Of a DNA stretch of 40,846 nucleotides, positions 34,707 to 40,846 are shown in pieces. The stretch's first letter is position 1; every line of letters starts with the position of its first letter. This DNA is from Reclinomonas americana ATCC 50394 (lineage: Eukaryota): the NCBI GenBank assembly GCA_048213135.1, contig PS015028.1, positions 1 to 40,846 of the forward strand, given 5' to 3'. A program made the position numbers and the translations under genes. Below the pieces are notes generated by a model. The model saw only the letters and a list, made by a program, of their open reading frames with translations. It did not search any database and had not been told where the DNA came from.

Positions 34707-37700
34707 TCACTTCCGACCACCACCGCTGCTGCTTCGCGGTCGGCTGCCACCTCTCGAGCCGCCCTCGCTGGTGCCCACAGCACTGGAGGACTCTCCATCG
34801 CCACCTCCACCACTTCCACTTGCTCCTCCTCCTCCTCCTCCGCCACTGCTGCTGCTGCTCTTTTGCGCATCCTTGACCAATCGCATGCCCTTGGACAGAC
34901 GCTCGCACACCAGAGCAATGTGTTTCTGTCGGGGAGTGAGTATCGACTGCACATCCACGGCCGCTCCAACTTGTTCTCTCGGCTCACCTTCAGCTTGTGT
35001 GTGTCGGGAGGCATGGCCAGTGGTGCCGGCACACTGGAACTCTCCTTGGCGCTCCGTGCCAACGCCGTGCGCAGCAAGTGGGTCATGGCGGCATCGGTGA
35101 CCTCCTCCCAGCCCTGGTCTCCGCAGTCGTTGACAATCGGTGACAGGCACTCGCGCAGGANNNNNNNNNNNNNNNNNNNNNNNNNNNNNNNNNNNNNTGT
35201 TGAAGTCGCGCGGTCCCAGCTCGAAGCGGCACTTGATGAGCAAGGTGATGAGGCCGGTGGCGGCACTCAGGCGGATTCTGGAGTTCGCCAGGTCCCGTTG
35301 TAGCACCTGCACCTCGTTCGCCACTTGCATAATGTGATGGTAGGTCTGCGTGAAGAGTGCATCCAGCGAGTCCAACGGCGCCGGATTCCGATCCTTGTAG
35401 CGCACCAACAGGCGCTTCTGAATGCTGCGCAGTTGATGTGCGCGCTCGGCCAGCGTGCTCTCCCGCTCACGCAACATGACACGACACTGCAGGCAGGCGC
35501 ACGTGAGCCTCCTGACATCTCTCTCCGCCACTTTGCTCTCCTTGCAGTCTCACCTCAAAGTGATCATCGATGCACTCAAAGTACTCCTTGAATGGCAAAT
35601 TGTCGGTGAATGTGATGGAGAGCAGATCGCCACCGTCGGGTCGTGCCACCNNNNNNNNNNNNNNNNNNNNNNNNNNNNNNNNNNNNNNNNNNNNNNNNNN
35701 NNNNNNNNNNNNNNNNNNNNNNNNNNNNNNNNNNNNNNNNNNNNNNNNNNNNNNNNNNNNNNNNNNNNNNNNNNNNNNNNGCATCCTGCTCCAAGCGGCG
35801 CACCAGCTCGTGACTCAGCAGCCACAGAGCCTCGAAACTGCCGGCCTGCACTCGATATCGTCCCGAATCTGCATGCAGGCGAGTGGGGTGAGTGGAGCGA
35901 GGCAACCTCGAGACAGTCGCACACACACACACACACACCGGCTTTCTTCGACACCAGGATGGTGGCATCGGCCTGATTTAGGTACTGGAATGTGAAGACA
36001 TTGGGTGTGACGACGGAGCGCGCATCCTCCGAGCTGCTCGCAATCACGTCCTCGAACAGGGTCGACAAGAGCACCGGCGGCTTATTGGTGTCAAAGGTGA
36101 CCTGCAGTCGCCTCTTCCGTTAGAACACGTACGCACACACATCGGCATGCCAGCAGTCGGACCTTGAAATCGGGATTCTTGACGGGCGGCACCACCGAAC
36201 CCACCAGGCTGAACGGAAGCGAGAAGGCCGCACGCGCACACAGCGGCTCACCCGACGGTAGCGTGTACGTGCACACCACCTCGGCATCCAGCGACACGGG
36301 CAGTTTGGTGCCGTCGCACAGGAACACCAGCGGTACCATCAGCGGCGTCCTTGCACGACCCGATCCACCTGCGCCACCAGCAGAGCGGAAGAAAAGAGTC
36401 GGCCACGGCCACCACCACCAGCACCAGCGCACAAGCAGACACACAGAGAGAAGGGTTGACGCGCAACTGAGCGACGGAATGGTGATCGATTCCTCCGAGA
36501 CACGCACACCAGGTGGTGGTCTCACGTTCAGCATGAGACTACTGAGCTCTTCGCTTCCAGTGTAGTTGATGTACAGGCGCACATTGGCGACTTTGACTCG
36601 CGGCCGCCCTCCCAGGTGATCCGACAGATCGGCCTCTAGCTCCTCGAGCATTTCTGCACGTAATCGCACGTTAAGCACCGACGCCACCACCACAATACAC
36701 GGGGTGGCGTAGGGGTTGTGTGCTCACCTGGCGGAATTCGCGTGTCGCAATTTGACGGCACTTGCACATCTAGTGTCACACCCTCCCTCCGTGCAATTTT
36801 GCCAGCTGTGTGCGAGGAGGTGGGTGAGATGGAGAAAGGACACGAGTGGCGGCCTGCGGGAAACGAAACTCGCTTGCGCTTCCCGAATGTGCGCCTGCAA
36901 GCGCTTGTGTTCCGCATCCATCTCGGCGTAGTCCATCTCTTTGCCCTCGCCCACCGATACGGGGTTCGATGCTGGATCCGTGCCCATGTACGTCACCAGC
37001 ACGCGCCCTTGTTCGTTGAGTGACACGACCAGGCCGCGCAGACCACTGCACACAATGCCCCGTGAGCGGAAACAACACCTGCACGGGCGTGCAGGGGAGA
37101 AGGAGAGAGCGCGCACGCACCCGAATGCTGCCACACGCAGTGAAATCGGGGTGCACGTCAGTTTTGCTGACCACACCACTTGTGGATCGCGGTACACCAC
37201 CATCGAGCTGCTGTGTGTGCCAACCAGCAGATTCTGCAGTGCTGCTGCGGCACTGGCACCACCCGCTGCAGCGACAACGTCAATACAAGGGCACACGACA
37301 ACCGGAAAGATTAGGCGTCGCACCTTCACGCGTCACGTCGTACGTGATGCAGCAGCTGGGGAAAAAGTCGAACCGCCGCTGTTGCCGGATGGCGCCATTC
37401 TCCTTTACGCAGAAGAGAGAACGCTCGCCGAGCAAGATAATGTCGACCTGCTGCGCAGCGAGGCTCTTCGAGTACTTGCCCGTGCGGATCTCGTAAATGT
37501 GCTCGCCGACATTCAGCGACCACTCCGCCTGCAGCTGCTTGCCGTCAGAGCCGGGTCCTGTCGCCGCAGCGGAGGGACCCGACGAGGACGAGGACGAGCC
37601 GTCGCCCGAGCCACTCGCTCCACTGCCCGAGGGAGCTGACGGTGCGGGCATTTTCAGAGAAGGGAATGGAGTGGAGCGAAATGAAAACAAATGCAACGCG

Positions 37701-38943
37701 CACCAGACGAGTCGCGTTTCCGTTCGGCGGAGCCCGAGGCCGTGGCCAGCACGTGAAACTTGTACGCTTGCACCTCCATGTTGGTGTTGAAAGNNNNNNN
37801 NNNNNNNNNNNNNNNNNNNNNNNNNNNNNNNNNNNNNNNNNNNNNNNNNNNNNNNNNNNNNNNNNNNNNNNNNNNNNNNNNNNNNNNNNNNNNNNNNNNN
37901 NNNNNNNNNNNNNNNNNNNNNNNNNNNNNNNNNNNNNNNNNNNNNNNNNNNNNNNNNNNNNNNNNNNNNNNNNNNNNNNNNNNNNNNNNNNNNNNNNNNN
38001 NNNNNNNNNNNNNNNNNNNNNNNNNNNNNNNNNNNNNNNNNNNNNNNNNNNNNNNNNNNNNNNNNNNNNNNNNNNNNNNNNNNNNNNNNNNNNNNNNNNN
38101 NNNNNNNNNNNNNNNNNNNNNNNNNNNNNNNNNNNNNNNNNNNNNNNNNNNNNNNNNNNNNNNNNNNNNNNNNNNNNNNNNNNNNNNNNNNNNNNNNNNN
38201 NNNNNNNNNNNNNNNNNNNNNNNNNNNNNNNNNNNNNNNNNNNNNNNNNNNNNNNNNNNNNNNNNNNNNNNNNNNNNNNNNNNNNNNNNNNNNNNNNNNN
38301 NNNNNNNNNNNNNNNNNNNNNNNNNNNNNNNNNNNNNNNNNNNNNNNNNNNNNNNNNNNNNNNNNNNNNNNNNNNNNNNNNNNNNNNNNNNNNNNNNNNN
38401 NNNNNNNNNNNNNNNNNNNNNNNNNNNNNNNNNNNNNNNNNNNNNNNNNNNNNNNNNNNNNNNNNNNNNNNNNNNNNNNNNNNNNNNNNNNNNNNNNNNN
38501 NNNNNNNNNNNNNNNNNNNNNNNNNNNNNNNNNNNNNNNNNNNNNNNNNNNNNNNNNNNNNNNNNNNNNNNNNNNNNNNNNNNNNNNNNNNNNNNNNNNN
38601 NNNNNNNNNNNNNNNNNNNNNNNNNNNNNNNNNNNNNNNNNNNNNNNNNNNNNNNNNNNNNNNNNNNNNNNNNNNNNNNNNNNNNNNNNNNNNNNNNNNN
38701 NNNNNNCTCTCACACACACACTCTCACTCTCTAACACACATGTGTGCGCGCGTGTGTGCGCTCACTCACCGGCACCACTTGCATCATTGTCGACATTGGC
38801 CACACACAGACAGCCGTCACCAAACTCCTCATCGTGACCGGCATTCGTGCCCCACCACTCACGCGCCTGCACAACACCTTAGAGAGAGCACGAGAGACAC
38901 ACAGAGAGAGAGACACACACACACACACCTGGAAGAGCGACAT
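34707..38943 (-). CDS. BBS9: BBSome core subunit BBS9 (PTHB1), multi-exon, contains three gaps
   Basis: MSLFQ/AREWWGT...EEFGDGCLCVANVDN; ILLGERSLFCVKENG; VWSAKL; VTYMGTDP; ATILVSKKA/GRYRVQ; LPFKEYFECIDDHFE; LRSIQKRLLVRYKDRNPAPL; QGWEEVTDAAMTHLLRT; KHIALVCERLSKG. Confidence 0.95.
37794..38706. other. assembly gap (~913 N) hiding part of the BBS9 N-terminal propeller
   Basis: N run; BBS9 sequence expected between ANVDN and EVQAYKFHVLA is absent. Confidence 0.9.
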
Positions 38944-38988
38944 GAAAGTCACGCTCAATAACAACCGGCGGGAAAAACGAATGGACAG

Positions 38989-39694
38989 ATGCCGCCGCGA
39001 GCGCGTCTGTCTCTGATGGTCAACTGTCCCATGTTTGGTTTCCTGCTCCGCCATCCGCTCCTGCGCTCGTCGCTCTCCTCGAGCGTGATGCTCAGTGGCG
39101 GCGACATGCTGTGTCAAGCAGTGACTGCAGAGGCGCATGGTCTCGCGCGTGTGGAGTGGGACTGGGAGCGCGTGGGGCGATTCGCGCTCATTGGTGCTTG
39201 CATGCACGGGCCCTACTTTTACTGTTGCGCCTTCTTCGCTATGTGTGCGTGCTGTGCTGCGATGATGATTGATGACAGTGAACACAGACGCATTTCGGGC
39301 GTTGGATCGGTGGGTTCCGGCACAACCGGGCGGCTTTCGCGGGGCGCTGCGAAAGAGCCTGACGGGGCAGGTGACCATGTTTCCGGTGTACTTGTGCATG
39401 TTCTTCCCCGCCATTCGATTACTGGAGGGCGGCACGGCGCACGAGGCGGTGGAGCATGCGAAACGCAATGTGCCGACGGCGTTTGTGCTGGGCACCGCCT
39501 TTTGGCCCCTCGCCAATGTCATCAACTTTCGCTACATTCCGCGCGGTGGCAGCGCGCCGGTGGTGTTTGTGGGTGCGATGAGTGTGGTGTGGACGGCGAT
39601 TCTGTCGTGGATGAACAGTCGGAGTGCTCCGACGGCCGCGCACGCGCATGCTCACGTGCATGTGGCCGGCGATGATCGCGATCGCGAGAGATGA
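38989..39694 (+). CDS. Mpv17/PMP22 family membrane protein, 2 exons (intron 39224-39287); alternative ATGs at 39016 and 39031
   Basis: HPLLRSSLSSSVMLSGGDMLCQ, WDWERVGRFALIG...GPYFYY/AFRALDRW, FWPLANVINFRYIP, VVWTAILSW. Confidence 0.88.
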
Positions 39695-39781
39695 GGTGGG
39701 TAGTGAGTGAAGTTCGTCGGGCGTGTGGACGGGCACAGGGGGAGAGAAGGAAGGAGGGAGAAGGGAGGGAGAAGGGAGGGA

Positions 39782-40215
39782 AGGAAGGAGCAGAGAGACT
39801 TCCTGTTTGTCGATTGCGATCGCAGTCGTGGACAAGGGGAACACAGAACAGCGTTGTGGGTGAGGACAGGAAGGGGCAGAGAGACTTCCTGCATGTCGAT
39901 TGCGATCGCAGTCGTGGACAAGGGGAACACAGAACAGCGTTGTGGGTGAGGGCAGGAAGGGGCAGAGAAACTTCCTGTATGTCGATTGCGATCGCAGTCG
40001 TGGACTGGGGAACACAGAACAGCATTGTGGGTGAGGGAAGGAAGGGGCAGAGAGACAACTTCCTGCATGTCGATCGCAATCGACTGTCGGTACCGGTGTT
40101 TGCGATCACGGTCGCGGACAGTGGAACAGAGTACAGCGTTGCGCTGCGGGTGAGGGCAGGAAGGAACAAGAGGGCTGCTAGAAAGAGAGACAACTTGCAT
40201 GTCGATCGCGATCGT
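39782..40215. repeat. 86-bp tandem repeat: three conserved units plus two degenerate, each with internal inverted repeats
   Basis: Core GTCGATTGCGATCGCAGTCG starts at 39809, 39895 and 39981 (period 86); degenerate cores at ~40069 and ~40201. Confidence 0.92.
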
Positions 40216-40420
40216 GATTGCAGGCACTCTTGACAGCAGGGAGGGTCGATATCGACTTGTAGCAAGGCTGTGCAGCTCGCCGGCGTGCACTCATCGGGTG
40301 CACTGCGCTTGCAGCTTTGACAGGCTCGATCGCCCCTTCATTGAGCATCGACTCGATATCTCTGCTGGAACCGAGTCACACCGATCCAGAGGCCGTCCGC
40401 TTTCCTCGCGGGTCGCGGCC

Positions 40421-40491
40421 AAGAATATTCTCGGCACTCACGTCATCCCCATGCTTGCGTCATCCGTCGATTACGTCACCGCGTGACGTCA
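40421..40491. promoter_or_regulatory. putative HSP90 upstream elements: two-unit heat-shock element and CGTCA/CRE cluster
   Basis: aGAAtaTTCt at 40422-40431; CGTCA at 40441, 40458, 40474 and 40487, including a perfect TGACGTCA at 40484-40491; about 280-345 nt upstream of the HSP90 ATG. Confidence 0.4.
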
Positions 40492-40766
40492 AAAATGATC
40501 GCGTTGGACATGCAACTGCCGAGCTCCTCTTCGATCTTCTCGCCGCAGCCGACACGGATACAGATCTCCCCCACCTTCCCCGCCACGCTTCCCCGCCCTC
40601 CGGTGGCCAGCAGAGCGGTGCCGGCCGAAACACGGAAGGATGACGCCAACAAAACCCGGCAGGACCCGTCAAACCCGGCAGTTAACACTTTTGCACTTTC
40701 TCGCGGAGAGTTCGCAAACTCAACCTTTCCTTCAACCCCCAACGCTACTATCCCAATCAACAAACC

Positions 40767-40805
40767 ATGTCGGAGACATTTGAGTTCCAGGCTGAGATCC
40801 AGCAG
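40767..40805 (+). CDS. HSP90: cytosolic HSP90, first exon (gene continues beyond the window)
   Basis: MSETFEFQAEIQQ followed by a GT donor; ETFxFQAEIxQ is the Hsp90 N-terminal signature, with no presequence. Confidence 0.88.
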
Positions 40806-40846
40806 GTGTGTGTGGGGGGTGTTGGGTGTTTACATATCCACAGCAA

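Noticed and set aside
39782..40215. CRISPR-like array (palindromic repeats at regular spacing)
   Set aside because: The sequence between palindromes is also repeated, so there are no unique spacers; no cas-like ORF is present and the context is eukaryotic.
39419..40290. Long ORFs on both strands across the repeat array
   Set aside because: The 86-nt period shifts frame each unit; the ORFs are a by-product of a stop-poor repeat.
1..40846. Alternative genetic code or pseudogenisation suggested by fragmented ORFs
   Set aside because: Every break I traced is explained by a short spliceosomal intron, and TGA and TAA terminate recognisable proteins at the expected places.
1..40846. Introner-like repeated introns among the assembled introns
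   Set aside because: By eye the introns share only donor/acceptor words and CA/CT microsatellites, not extended sequence identity.

Overview
Eukaryotic nuclear DNA from a GC-rich, gene-dense, intron-rich genome, probably a flagellated protist (BBS9 is present); the taxon cannot be named from the sequence. Most introns are about 45-120 nt, GT-AG, and often contain (CA)n/(CT)n tracts. Intergenic distances are often under 100 nt. There are six N gaps. Genes reconstructed by manual splicing, in order: TBC1D15/17-like Rab GAP (partial); a possible fragment running into a gap; MnmE/MSS1/GTPBP3; TEX261; a putative dually acylated low-complexity protein; a coiled-coil protein; SEC12/PREB; a ~13 kb polycystin-1-like receptor (signal peptide, NHL propellers, CUB, REJ, GPS, about 5 TM); SUGP1; an ankyrin-repeat tail-anchored protein; a calmodulin-like EF-hand protein; a short CAP-G/Cnd3-like protein; BBS9; an Mpv17/PMP22 protein; and the first exon of HSP90. 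Most noteworthy: a recurrent unusual GTTGCG splice-donor class in at least 11 introns of 8 genes; an 86-bp double-hairpin tandem array upstream of HSP90; the unusual PKD1-like architecture; an MnmE with no room for a targeting peptide; N gaps inside exons whose flanks join in frame; and a stop-free 420-nt compound-trinucleotide intron. All family calls come from recalled motifs, not database searches. I found no prokaryote-type system (CRISPR, transposase, RNA gene).
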